DNA of 64,000 nt. Origin: Octopus vulgaris. Taxonomy: Eukaryota. The notes below the pieces were generated by a model. That model searched no databases, was not told the origin of the DNA, and saw only the letters and a program-made list of their open reading frames with translations. The translations under genes were made by a program, and so were the position numbers. Positions 1-13,344 of the stretch are shown here, in pieces (the stretch's first letter is position 1; every line of letters begins with the position of its first letter). The stretch spans positions 54,188,001 to 54,252,000 of the forward strand of contig OX597828.1 of NCBI GenBank assembly GCA_951406725.2, given 5' to 3'.

Positions 1-33
1 GCTTTGGTCGGCCCGAGACTATAGTAGCAGACA

Positions 34-193
34 GGCACAGGCGTGGCTGAGTGGTACGAAATTCGCTTCTCAACCACATGATTCCAGGTTCAATCCCACT
101 GCGTTATCCCTTGGGCAAGTATCTTCTACTATAGCCTCGGGCCAACCAAAGTCTTGGTGGATTTGGTTGACGAAAACCGAAAGACGCTTGTCG

Positions 194-240
<47 letters not shown>

Positions 241-460
241 ATGTGTGTGTGTGTGTCTTTGTGTTTGTCCCCTATCACTGCTTGACAACCCGGTGTTGGT
301 GTGTTTAACTTCCTTTAACTTAGCGGTCCGTAAAAGAGATCAGTAGAATAAGTACTAAACTTTACAAAAAAGATAAGTATAGGGGTCGATTCATTGAATT
401 AAAAATTCATCAAGGCTGTGCCCCAGCATGGCCGCAGTCTGATGCCTGAGACAAGTAAAA
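34..460 (+). mobile_element. tRNA-derived SINE, family A (head + internal (GT)n + 3' body)
   Basis: Head with A-box-like TGGCTGAGTGG and B-box-like GGTTCAATCCC, then CCTTGGGCAAGT, an internal microsatellite and a 3' body ending GAGACAAGTAAAA. The same architecture recurs more than 10 times in the window. Confidence 0.85.
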
Positions 461-565
461 CCATATAAAAAAAGAGAGAGAGACAAGATGCATATATACA
501 TACCTATATGTGTACATACTCATGTATAAACACATACATATATAAATACATACATAAATAAATAC

Positions 566-756
<191 letters not shown>

Positions 757-1000
757 TATCGGTGAGACGAGGAGCATTTAATCATCATCAGGTATGACTA
801 ATAACTTATGCGCTGAAGAGGAGTTACGCACCGTCAACCACATTCTCTCATCCGTGACCATCTTCAATCCCTTGGCAAGACCAGGTCAACATGACTCGGA
901 GCGGAGACCGAAATGAAGTGGACGACGGCCAAGATGTCTTATTTGCCTCACCTTCCTCTTCATCTTCCTCTCTGCACTCGTTTTGTTCATCATTCTTTAA

Positions 1001-1355
1001 ATGTATGTATGTATGTATGTATGTATGTATGTATGTATGTATGTATGTATGTATGTATGTATGTATGTATGTATGTATGTATGTATGTATGTATGTATGT
1101 ATGTATGTGTATGTATGTATGTATGTATGTATGTATGTATGTATGCATGCATGAATGTATGTATGTATGTATGTATGTATGTATGTATGCATGCATGCAT
1201 GCATGTATGTATGTGTATGTATGTATGTATGTATGTATGTATGTATGTATGTATGTATGCATGCATGAATGTATGTATGTATGTATGTATGTATGTATGT
1301 ATGCATGCATGCATGCATGCATGCATACATACATGCATGCATGCATGCATGTATG

Positions 1356-1387
<32 letters not shown>

Positions 1388-1487
1388 TGTATGTATGCAT
1401 GCATGCATGCATGTATGTATGTATGTATGTATGTATGTATGTATGCATGCATGCATGCATGCATGCATGTATGTATGTATATGTATG

Positions 1488-1519
<32 letters not shown>

Positions 1520-1764
1520 TGTATGTATGTATGTATGTATGTATGTGTGTATGTATGTATGTATGTATGTATGTATGTATGTATGTATGTATGTATGTAT
1601 GTATGTATGTGTGTGTGTATGTATGTATGTATGTGTGTATGTATGCATGTATGTATGTATGTATGTATTATGTATGTATATATGTGTGTATGTATGCATG
1701 TATGTATGTATGTATGTATGCTTGCATGTGTGTGTGTGTGTGTATGCGTGTGTGTGTGTGTGTG
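1001..1764. repeat. Compound (ATGT)n/(ATGC)n/(GT)n microsatellite
   Basis: Directly visible; source of the MYVC/HTYI pseudo-ORFs. Confidence 0.97.
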
Positions 1765-2124
1765 ATTTCAACCGCATCCGGTACAGGGCCTCTGAATCGG
1801 GAGTTCCAAGTTTTCTTTTTAGGGCAGTGAAACCAACCCCTTAACCACTATCGCGTTACTGCTGTCGCCTCCCCCTCCGTGCAAGTCATGACGGTTTCTT
1901 CCACCGAGTCGCAGAGTCCCCCCCGGGGCCAGTCTTCACAAGCATTGGGAGATATGCCTCAATATGTTAATTAACGTATAGCGGGGAACCTGGCAGGGGC
2001 TACTTACCCAGGGTCAGAGTAGAGGAGGAAAAAATAGTGGTTAAGGAGAGGGGGTCCACAACCCTGAGAAAGAAAACTTGGAACTCCCGATTCATGACCC
2101 CAGTACTTGATGCAGTTGAAGTCA
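1764..2124. mobile_element. Fold-back/MITE-like element with ~88-bp imperfect inverted arms
   Basis: 1764-1851 is the reverse complement of 2034-2124, including a perfect 26-bp core TGAATCGGGAGTTCCAAGTTTTCTTT. Confidence 0.6.
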
Positions 2125-2130
2125 TACCCA

Positions 2131-2180
<50 letters not shown>

Positions 2181-2544
2181 ACACACATACATACATACAT
2201 ACATACATACATACATACATACATACATGCATGCATGCATACATACATACACACACGGAACCGGTTTTCAGACAAATAGATTTGTTCAAATTTGGCCCTG
2301 CGCCAAGAGAGAACACTATGATGAATTTTTAGCATATCATTGTAGTTAATGGTGGAGCTTCAAGCCCTCAACGTTTTGAGAGGGGTGGCTGGGACTAGCA
2401 GACTACACGAAGCAGAGCCGGTCCCAGGAAGTTGTCCAAGGGAGGGCACAAGGTCAGCAAGGAATACAATTCCAAGAGAAAATGGCGTAATAACATTATT
2501 TAGAAGGACACACTTCTTTTCTTGAGGGAAACACGTACCACTCG

Positions 2545-2636
2545 GGCCCGCCACTCTTGGGTCCGCCCCTGCGACGCATAAATGATCAATCGAAGCTTTT
2601 GTAGAGTTGAGGGCCCCGCACTTCCGCCGGCCCTGC
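2545..2636 (-). mobile_element. Possible hAT (Tip100-like) transposon termini
   Basis: The minus strand reads CAGGGCCGGCGG (ending at 2636) and CAGGGGCGGACCCA (~2571), resembling Tip100-type TIR starts. Partner TIRs were not found. Confidence 0.3.
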
Positions 2637-2696
2637 ATACACACACACACACATACATACATATACATACACACATACATACATACATACATACAT

Positions 2697-2729
<33 letters not shown>

Positions 2730-2997
2730 TACATGCATACATACATACATACATACATACATACATACATACATACATACATACATACACATACATACAT
2801 ACATACATACATACATACATACACATACATACATACATACATACAAATAAAAATCGGCAAGGCTTCCTAAGATTTAAAGAATGATGACCAAAGCAAGATG
2901 CTTTCACACGCTTACTAACAAAGTGTCCCATTTAAAATTATTCTAAGTTATAAAGAGAAGGGGAATACACGTCATTATACATGTGTATATATATATT

Positions 2998-3190
2998 TAG
3001 GGAGAGTTTACAAAAAAAAACAAAAGACGAAGACAAGTAGTGTACAAAACAAACAGATGTATTGGTATAACACTCAGGAATAGAAAGAGTCTTTTACGTT
3101 TCGAGCCTACGCTCTTCTACGGAAAGGGACACAGAAAAAACAAGGAGAGAAACAAGGAGAGAAAAAGTGTGTGTAGTGGCTAATGATCTA
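2998..3190 (-). mobile_element. Penelope-like relic with degenerate minimal hammerhead motif
   Basis: Minus strand CTTT-CCGTAGA-A-GAGC-GTAG-GCTC-GAAAC-GTA-AAAG: stems I and II pair and stem III is the palindrome ACGT. The core deviates from CTGANGA. Confidence 0.5.
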
Positions 3191-3744
3191 TCACATACGT
3201 ACAGACAAGCATGCATACAATAGGCAGGTAAACAAATGGAACTAATTAACGCTCAACACACATAGCGGAAGATATAAGGATTAATTAATTAATTAATTAA
3301 TTAATTAGTTAATTAACAGGTTGTCTTAGCTTTCGACACTTCCGGTCTAAGTTCGAACTTAAACATGTGAGGAGGAACTACATGTTGTTATACGTCTATG
3401 GGGAGAGTGTTTACACACACACACACATACACACACACACATACGCACTGCCAAATCATATGTGAACAAAAATCCCTTATTCATACATGTGCACAAGCAC
3501 ACACGCACACACAATATTTTATCACAACACAACAGTATTTTAAATCTGTATGTAACCGCCAAACCTTTCGTAAATATTACGTAACAGTCATGTGTGGATG
3601 TATTGTTGTGAGGCAGACATGTGAGTGTGAAGTAATTGTAATCTGGGAGGGGTAGAAAGAAAGAGAGGTGTGAAGTTTCGGACAGAGGGGAGGAGAAGGA
3701 GGGGGAGGGGAGGAAAACGAAGAAGAAGAAGAAGAAGAAGCTGA

Positions 3745-3982
3745 AATACCTATTTCTTTACTACCCACAAGGGGCTAAACACAGAGGGGACAAACAAGGA
3801 CAGACAAAGGGATTAAGTCGATTACATCGACCCCAGTGCGTAACTGGTACTTATCTAATCGACCCCGAAAGGATGAAAGGCAAAGTCGACCTCGGCGGAA
3901 TTTGAACTCAGAACGTAACGGCAGACGAAATAAGGCTACGCATTTCGTCCGGCGTGCAAACGTTTCTGCCAGTTCACCGCCT
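3745..3982 (-). mobile_element. SINE family B (Deu/Nin-like central domain)
   Basis: Minus strand GGCGGTGAACTGGCAGAAACG...GAGTTCAAATTCCGCCGAGGTCGACTTTGCCTTTCATCCTTTCGGGGTCGAT...AAAGAAATA. Many copies in the window. Confidence 0.85.
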
Positions 3983-4493
3983 TTGGAAGATGAAATACCA
4001 ACGGAGGTGAAAGCATATAATCTACTGGGATTCGATCTCTTATATATACATCGATTCTTCAACACCTGTTTGACTTTCATTTCATTGCTGACCGAGAAAA
4101 CTTCTGTCCTAAATGTCACTTTCTCTCTTCAAGTCACATGCCATAAAAGTTTATCCAACGTTGGTTTTACTATTTACCGACGCTCAACGCCTCTGGTTTT
4201 ACTAAATGCCGACGCTAAACGTCAATAGTTTCTTCACAATAGCCATTTATTTAGCTTTGCTGTATAATTATTATGCAACATATTATATATAACGATATAT
4301 TGTATGCTGCTTTCAATATGCATACTACATAAGGTAGTGTGTATGTGTGTGTGCGTGTGTATATATATGTGTGCGTGCGCGTGTGTGAGTGTGTATATGT
4401 GTGTATGTATATATTGGTGTCCTGTACCCATATATGCATGTATATATACATGTAGAGGTAGGTACGTACATATATGTATGCATATATATATAT

Positions 4494-4542
<49 letters not shown>

Positions 4543-4545
4543 GCG

Positions 4546-4579
<34 letters not shown>

Positions 4580-4582
<3 letters not shown>

Positions 4583-4812
4583 TATTGATTTCAAATTTTG
4601 GCACGAAAGCTGCAATTTCGGGGTAGGGGAATGAATGAGTCGATTACATCGGCAACAATGTTCAACTGGTACTTATTTTATCGACCCTAACAAGATGAAA
4701 GGCAAAGTCGATCTCGGCAATATTTGAACTCAGAATATAAAAACCAGACAAAATGCCGCTAAGCATTATTCTGCCCCGGCGTGTTTAACGATTCTGTCAG
4801 CTCGACGCCTTC
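4580..4812 (-). mobile_element. SINE family B, diverged copy
   Basis: Contains GATGAAAGGCAAAGTCGA...TTTGAACTCAGAA core. Confidence 0.75.
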
Positions 4813-5074
4813 ACACACACACACACAGAATATTACTATACAATATCTGTATACATGTGTTAACAATAATCTACATTTATATAGGTATTTACCTACCTGT
4901 TAGTAAATATGTCAATCTAATGTGTTTCTATTGTACGTTATCTGTTTATTTGTCTGTCTGTCTGTCTGTCTACCTGCCTGTCTGTGTATCTTTCTATATA
5001 CCTATCCACCTGTCAATGTACCTACCTGTTTACGTCTTTAATTATCCATCTTTCTAATTTACCTATTTGTTTAC

Positions 5075-5270
<196 letters not shown>

Positions 5271-5991
5271 CGCACGCACAGACACACATTCACCAAACAT
5301 TTATACAAACACGTGTGGATATGTCTGTATCTACAAACCTGTTAGTATGAATCCGTCTGTCTGTCTGTCTGTTTACAAAGTCCAGTTAAAATGGTCGATT
5401 AATGTTGAGGTTCTTCAAAACAAGGCCAAAGTGGTCACTGGTATCATCAGCCTTCTCTCCCGCCCAACCCGCATGATAGGGCTCGTTAATTAACAGACCC
5501 CTAATGACAAACACACCTACACACATTCACTCATACACAAACGCACACTCACACACACACACATACACAAACATACTCATGCATACACACGCACGCAGAT
5601 CTGCTAACTTCACGAGTTGTTTAACCACATGTTAATCCTGATCGAGCAAACCCAGGGTCAAATATCTTCCAGTCGTGACCATCCAGTCTTTTTTGGTGTT
5701 TATTGAATTTCACTCATATTATAAGACACTGCGGTAGGATTTCAGGGTACTAGCGTAGCTGGGATGGGGGTACATTTAAAGGGGTGCCATTTTGGGTCAG
5801 CTGTGGGCAATATGTGCTTTTCGCGGGGTCCGGGGGGCGGCGAACGAAAGGGCCAGCCCGGGTAACACACACTCTAGCTATGTATGAGGGAGATGTGACT
5901 GTTGTTTCTAGACAGTGGGATAACCACATACAGGCTGCTTCCAGTTGTTAAGGAAATTTGTCAACAAACTGCAGTTCAACAGCATGGTTTT

Positions 5992-6060
<69 letters not shown>

Positions 6061-6317
6061 TGTGTGTGTGTTTGTGCGTGTGTTTTTGTGTGTGTGTGTT
6101 TGCGTTTGTATGTGTGTGTGCACATACATGTGCAATTCATATAGATACACACATACGCATACATATACACATGCATGCGTATTATGTAGACTTACATTCA
6201 TACATACATAATACGTATATAACTACATATATACACTGGCAACATTTCGATATTAATAATGAGGACTGTGAGTGTGAAGGGATAAGCAATGTTGTGTGAT
6301 TAGAATATATTGCACAT

Positions 6318-7005
<688 letters not shown>

Positions 7006-7033
7006 TAAACACGAGTATTTCGTAAATACTCAC

Positions 7034-7167
7034 GACCCACAGCCTGTGTAACACCATTCAAAGTAACAACAATATCGACAACAGCAAGATAACAACAACA
7101 TCGAAGCCGAGCCAACGGCAGTAAAATTTGCGTGGATTCGTATCTGTCGAAGCGAAAATGTTCCCAG
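7034..7167 (-). CDS. Candidate internal coding exon (134 nt), hydrophobic signal-peptide-like segment
   Basis: Minus strand acceptor cttttctcattgtag, open frame (S)WEHFRFDRYESTQILLPLARLRCCCYLAVVDIVVTLNGVTQAVG, donor gtgagt. The phase fits the upstream candidate exon. Confidence 0.5.
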
Positions 7168-7344
7168 CTACAATGAGAAAAGGTGTCAAAGAATGACATA
7201 ACTTCCTATTTCTTCTTCAGATCATTTTACAAAAAAATTTGGCCCAAGGTTACGCGTTGTGAGGACAGGGTGTGTCAAACGGGTACTTTCGTTTTGTTAC
7301 ACCCAACACCAAAACACACACACACACACACACATACACACACA

Positions 7345-7375
<31 letters not shown>

Positions 7376-7629
7376 GTGAAGTCGTTACGTAATTCTATAT
7401 ATTTGTATTATCTGTGAATGCGGGACGAAGTATTTTTTTGGCAATCTCTATCTATCCAGCTCACAACTGGGTTTCGTTCCTCAGCCCAAAAAATATTTCG
7501 CTCTAATTCCTCAAACAAAAGGGACAAATTCTTCCAGAAAATTATTTCATTCCATTCAACATTATTTACCATTCCTTTATATACTTTTCGCCTTACAAAC
7601 AACTTGAGGAAATCTCCATCGTAATTAAC

Positions 7630-7679
7630 AGTAGTAGTAGTAGTAGTAGTAGCAGCAGCAGCAGCTGTAGTAGTAGTAA

Positions 7680-7717
<38 letters not shown>

Positions 7718-7770
7718 TGTGTGTTTGTTTTTGGTGTTGGTAGTAGTTGTAATAGTAGTAGTCGTAGTAT
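7630..7770. repeat. (TAG)n/(CAG)n trinucleotide repeat
   Basis: Directly visible. Confidence 0.9.
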
Positions 7771-7818
7771 TATTATCAGCTGGTAATTATTAATAGATGC
7801 GAAATGTCGGTCACTTAC

Positions 7819-7919
7819 CTTCGAAAACGGTAAAATAAAGTTCCTCTTGTTTTGATGTTCAGTTTCGCCCCCCTCCTCGCGGACATTTCACCTGAGTTTA
7901 AATTGTAAACCACTTCCAT
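7819..7919 (-). CDS. Candidate first coding exon (ATG to phase-2 donor)
   Basis: Minus strand gccgATGG start context, open frame MEVVYNLNSGEMSARRGAKLNIKTRGTLFYRFR, consensus donor AAG|gtaagt. Confidence 0.42.
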
Positions 7920-8132
7920 CGGCAGTCAACTCTACGATCTAACATTAAACCTACACACACACACTCTCCTCACACATTAATCACACTCACACGTTCCGCC
8001 ACACTGCACACACATCTACACACAGACACACACACACCACCACCACCACCACCATACATTATATATAACAACATAAATTCGTATCCGTTACAATGGTACT
8101 CCCTCTCTCTTTTCCTCTTTTCTTAGTCTCTG

Positions 8133-8169
<37 letters not shown>

Positions 8170-8314
8170 GTCTCTATCTCTCTCTGTGACTCTCTCTCTC
8201 TCAGTTAGGTAGTTAACTATATCGTTTTTTTTTTTCACTCTGTTCACCCTTACAGACATACGTAAATAACACATACATAAACGCACATACACACTCACAC
8301 ATATGCGTGTAGGT

Positions 8315-8383
<69 letters not shown>

Positions 8384-8591
8384 CAGACAGACAGACTAAT
8401 AGATAGACAGGCACATCAGTTTTTAATACCGAGAAAGTTCGATGGTGTCGACCACACCTCCCTTCACTAAATTCTCTTTTCGTTTCTGCTTTAATGGGAC
8501 AAACTTTATCCGACAATTAACAATGACCTTGCCCTCTCTTCCTTTCTTTCTCTCTCTCTCTTTCTATTTATCTATCTACCTATCTATCTAA

Positions 8592-8666
<75 letters not shown>

Positions 8667-8908
8667 ATCTATCTATCCTTCTTTCTATATGTTTATCTAT
8701 TCATCTCTATCTCGCTTCTTCACTCTCTCTTTCTCCGCCACCCACAGTCAAAATACAAAAGTTATTTTGAAAGAATAACAGACAAAAACAGTCAATTTAT
8801 CTCTGCAATAAGTTTGATTCACATATGCTCCAGCACGCTTATACACTAACTAAATCGCACCGTGTGTACTAGATGAATGTGTGTCTGCGTATATTTGTAT
8901 GTATAGTA

Positions 8909-9088
8909 TACACGAGAGAGTGCTGAAACGTTCCTGGCCTGGGATAAAAGAAACTACAGGACGATCAGTTAATTATGATTTTGTTGAGTATATTTTCTCT
9001 CTGTTTCACACAGTTATTGCAGCAGTCCTTCAGTTTTTCTAAGCCCTGTAAAAGAACTCAAAAGGTCGGGCCTCCGACCAGGCCTTTT
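8909..9088 (+). mobile_element. Mariner-like non-autonomous fragment
   Basis: Begins TA-CACGAGAGAGTGCTGAAACGTTCCTGGC, resembling mariner TIRs. A partial inverted match CCAGGCCTTTTC lies near 9078. Confidence 0.4.
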
Positions 9089-9089
9089 C

Positions 9090-9553
9090 GCGGTGGCTGT
9101 GTGCTAATAAGTTTGCTTCCCAACCACATAGTACCGGGTTCAGACCCACTGCGTGGCACCTTGGGCAAGTGGATTCGATTGTGGCCTTGGATTAACCAAA
9201 GCCTTGTGAGTGGGTTTGGTAGACGGAAACTGAAAGAAGCCTTTCGTATATACATACATTCATACATACATACATTCATACATACATACATACATACATA
9301 CATACGTGCGTGCGTGTGTGTGAGTGTGTGTGTGTGTGAGTATGTGTGTGCGTATGTGTGTCCCATGACCGCTTGACAACCGGTGTTGGTATGTTTACGT
9401 CCCCGTAATTTATCGGTTCGGCAAAATGTATCCGATAGAATAAGTACTATGCATTAAAAAGCAAAAAAAGTCCTGGGGTCGATTTGTTCGACTAAAACCC
9501 TTCAAGGCGGTGCTGCAGTATGGTCGCAGTCAAATGACCGAAATAAATAAAAG
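9090..9553 (+). mobile_element. SINE family A
   Basis: Head GTGGCTGTGT...GGTTCAGACCCACTGCGTGGCACCTTGGGCAAGT, internal microsatellite, 3' body. Confidence 0.85.
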
Positions 9554-9937
9554 AGCATGTAAGTATGTATGTATGTATGTATGTATGTGTGTGTGTGTGT
9601 GTATGAATTTGGCATTGTTTTCTAAAAGGCTTGTTGACCCTTTCCATACGGGAGATTGCGTTTCACATCTGGCATTGGACTTATTACTTACTTGGCATCG
9701 AAAACCCCGGAAGAACAAAAGAACAATGTCGACCACAACGAGATTTGGACTCCGAAGAACGTGAAAAAGAAGAAAAGAAAAAGGTGTGTGTGTGTGTGTG
9801 TGTGTTGCCAGATAACAGTCTTGTTCACAATATTTAACGTATGTTGTTTCGATTATCATTCGATAATTAGTATAAGGACTTCAGTTTTTAAGCCTTTTGT
9901 TTTTCGGTTGTTCAGTTAAATATTCTGTGTGTCTCTT

Positions 9938-9975
<38 letters not shown>

Positions 9976-10438
9976 GCACGCACGCGCACACAAAACGTTA
10001 CACCTACGGCATTTGTGAGTCGACGGAGCCTACAGAGCAACCTGTAGCTGGTCGCTAATGCTACTAAAAATAGCAGCCATGTTATCTTCAATTCGGATGG
10101 TATCATTGTCTTGAATTAAGAACAAATTGGATAATGGTAATCGTAGCTATACTGTAACATATATAAGAAAAGGAAGAAATAGAAAAAATAGTGGGGGATG
10201 GTCATGACTGAGAAACATTTGCTTATAGGTCTGCTTAATCAGTGCAACCTGGGGTTAAACAGCATTTGTAATTACGCGTATGTGTGTGTGTGTATATGCG
10301 ATTGTGTGTGAGTGTTTGTATGTGTGTGTTGGTACCTTTGCGGGACCCTACCCAGGTGAACCGGGTGGTTAATCTCGTTATGTCATGTGCACAGTTTTTG
10401 TGCGTGTATGTTTCACCGGGTGGCTAGATTTATGGGTA

Positions 10439-10477
<39 letters not shown>

Positions 10478-10702
10478 TTATATATGCATGTATATATACA
10501 TGTAGATGTAGGTACGTACATATATGTTTGTATGCATGCATATATTTTTATTTATTACATTATATATATATATATATATATAAGGGAATGTTATTGTTGT
10601 TGCTGTTATTGTCTGACCTCAGGACAACCCTCATCGAGCAGATCTGTAGCCAACCATGACCAACCTTCCTTTTTTGTGTATACATATACACATATATATA
10701 TG

Positions 10703-10734
<32 letters not shown>

Positions 10735-10791
10735 CATGTATATATATTTATGTGTAAGTCGTCTAACAGTCCGTAAATCGTATATCTGTCA

Positions 10792-10822
<31 letters not shown>

Positions 10823-10969
10823 TGTACATACATACATATATTTGTTTCAATCATTTAACTGCAGCCACGCTGGGGCGCCGCCTTGAAGGTTTTTGTCGAA
10901 CAAATCGACCCTCCAAGACTTGATTGTTTTTTTTAAAGTCTAATATCCTATCACTCTTTTTTGTCAAAC

Positions 10970-11048
<79 letters not shown>

Positions 11049-11829
11049 GACGGGCTTCTTTCAGTTTCCGTCTACCAATCTTCTTACAAAACTTATATAC
11101 TACATAGTAATCTAACGCGGAGGACTATAATGAAAGTCAACTGCAGCTAAAATCCAGTAGATCTTAATCAATGAAATTATTTCACGATGAGTACTACAAC
11201 AGAACATAAAGAAAGTCAGGAGCTCTGAGAGATGAGTGTATTTATTTCACCAGTTGATATCCGTGAGATGACAGCTGTTTCGCAGCCTTCATCAGGGAAA
11301 GTAATTTTTTTTATATATTTCAGAGTATATATATAAGAAAATGGAGATATACCATTGATATAATTTATTATCTGCAAAGATCCAACATATTCTCTTACAG
11401 CTGTTTCAATTAAGCTTAAATATTAAATATTACTATCCTTTAATGAGGTTATTTTAACCTCTAATTGAATGTATATATACATGTATGTATGCATTGTGTG
11501 TAGGAAGAGTACATTGTACAGAATATCGTTCTTAATTTAAGATGGTGAATGTGCAATTTGAGTGAGATTTAGCTGTTATGTCTAACAAGTTTGCACGTTT
11601 TCTTGTATACGCATATGATTCTTTTTTCGAGAGGGGTCGTTTTGGCCTGAGTTGTGTGTATGTACATAGTGTGTGTATATGTTACTGTGTGTGTGTGTGT
11701 GTGTGTGTGTATGAGTATGTATGTGTGTAATCACTGATGCAGTGTTTGAATATGAGTGAGAGAGGAGACAGAGAGAAGGGGAGGAAGAAGGAGGAAGATA
11801 GAGAGATACATGTTTGTATTTCTTCTTAA

Positions 11830-11883
<54 letters not shown>

Positions 11884-12211
11884 TGTGTGTGTGTGTGTGT
11901 TAGACTTGTTTTAAAATAACCGTAAATATGTTTATTGTGGTTATTTAAGCGGAGGATATGTACGACGAAATAAAATTTATAATCAAAGGTATTCCATCAG
12001 CGACCATCCCGTCATTTTCTTATGTACAAGTAAGTCCCTCATTGCCACATTATCTGGGAGTTGGTTTGTAATTTGAGAGGAATTTAACTGCTGTTTCGAG
12101 GATCTCGAGCAACCAGGTAGAGGATTCTTCGTTTCTGCATTTATATGGTTATACGTACACAAACACACAAATACACTCACACGCAAATTTGTGTGTGTGT
12201 GCCTGTGTACA

Positions 12212-12251
<40 letters not shown>

Positions 12252-12403
12252 CATGTGCGTTTGTGCGTGTAGTGACTCAGTATAAAAACGAACGGTGTAA
12301 GCCAGGTAAGTGGTTGATGCATGATTATTCACCTGTATGTGGATTGCCCAGCTGATTACTGCTACCCGCTCTATCAGGTTTCTCCACCACATTTACCTCC
12401 CCT

Positions 12404-12435
<32 letters not shown>

Positions 12436-12547
12436 TCTCTCTCTTCCTTAACTTCTTATGTATATAAATCTATTTTTACACTTTCTAGTTCATTCTCACT
12501 CTATGCAACACGCCCATATACATACAAGCTTATATATGAATTTATAA

Positions 12548-12579
<32 letters not shown>

Positions 12580-12593
12580 ATACATACATATAC

Positions 12594-12654
<61 letters not shown>

Positions 12655-12817
12655 TACATATATGTATATATATGTATGTATGTATATATAAACCACACTC
12701 ATACACTCACGAATTCTAACCCACACAATTACTTTCGCGCTGTTTAATAGAGTTGAGTTGTCAGGTAGTCACGTGCAACATTTACGAAATGTTTGTCAAT
12801 GTCACTAGCAAACACAC

Positions 12818-12855
<38 letters not shown>

Positions 12856-13104
12856 GCACATACACTCGCGCGCGCGCATGCAGACACACAGAGACACATG
12901 CACAGACACATACACATACATACCACACACGCACGCACGCACGCGTGGATAAGAGAGAGACGAGGAGGGAGAGAGGGAGAGAGAGTGATAAACATAGTGG
13001 AGAAATCTGAGGGAGCGAGTAACACTTATCAGCTGGGCAATCCACACACACCTGAATTATCATACACCAACCACTTACATGGTTTATACGACTCTTCCTT
13101 ATCT

Positions 13105-13194
<90 letters not shown>

Positions 13195-13344
13195 ATATGT
13201 ATGTATGTATGTATTCTCCTAAAGATATATATTCTTCTCCTAGAGAGTTATACTACGTCCCCTGTAAAGGTAACAGCCCTACCTTTTCGCGATACACTTA
13301 AAGCCAGTAACTTTTCAACACCCTCTCCTATATATTAATTCCTT

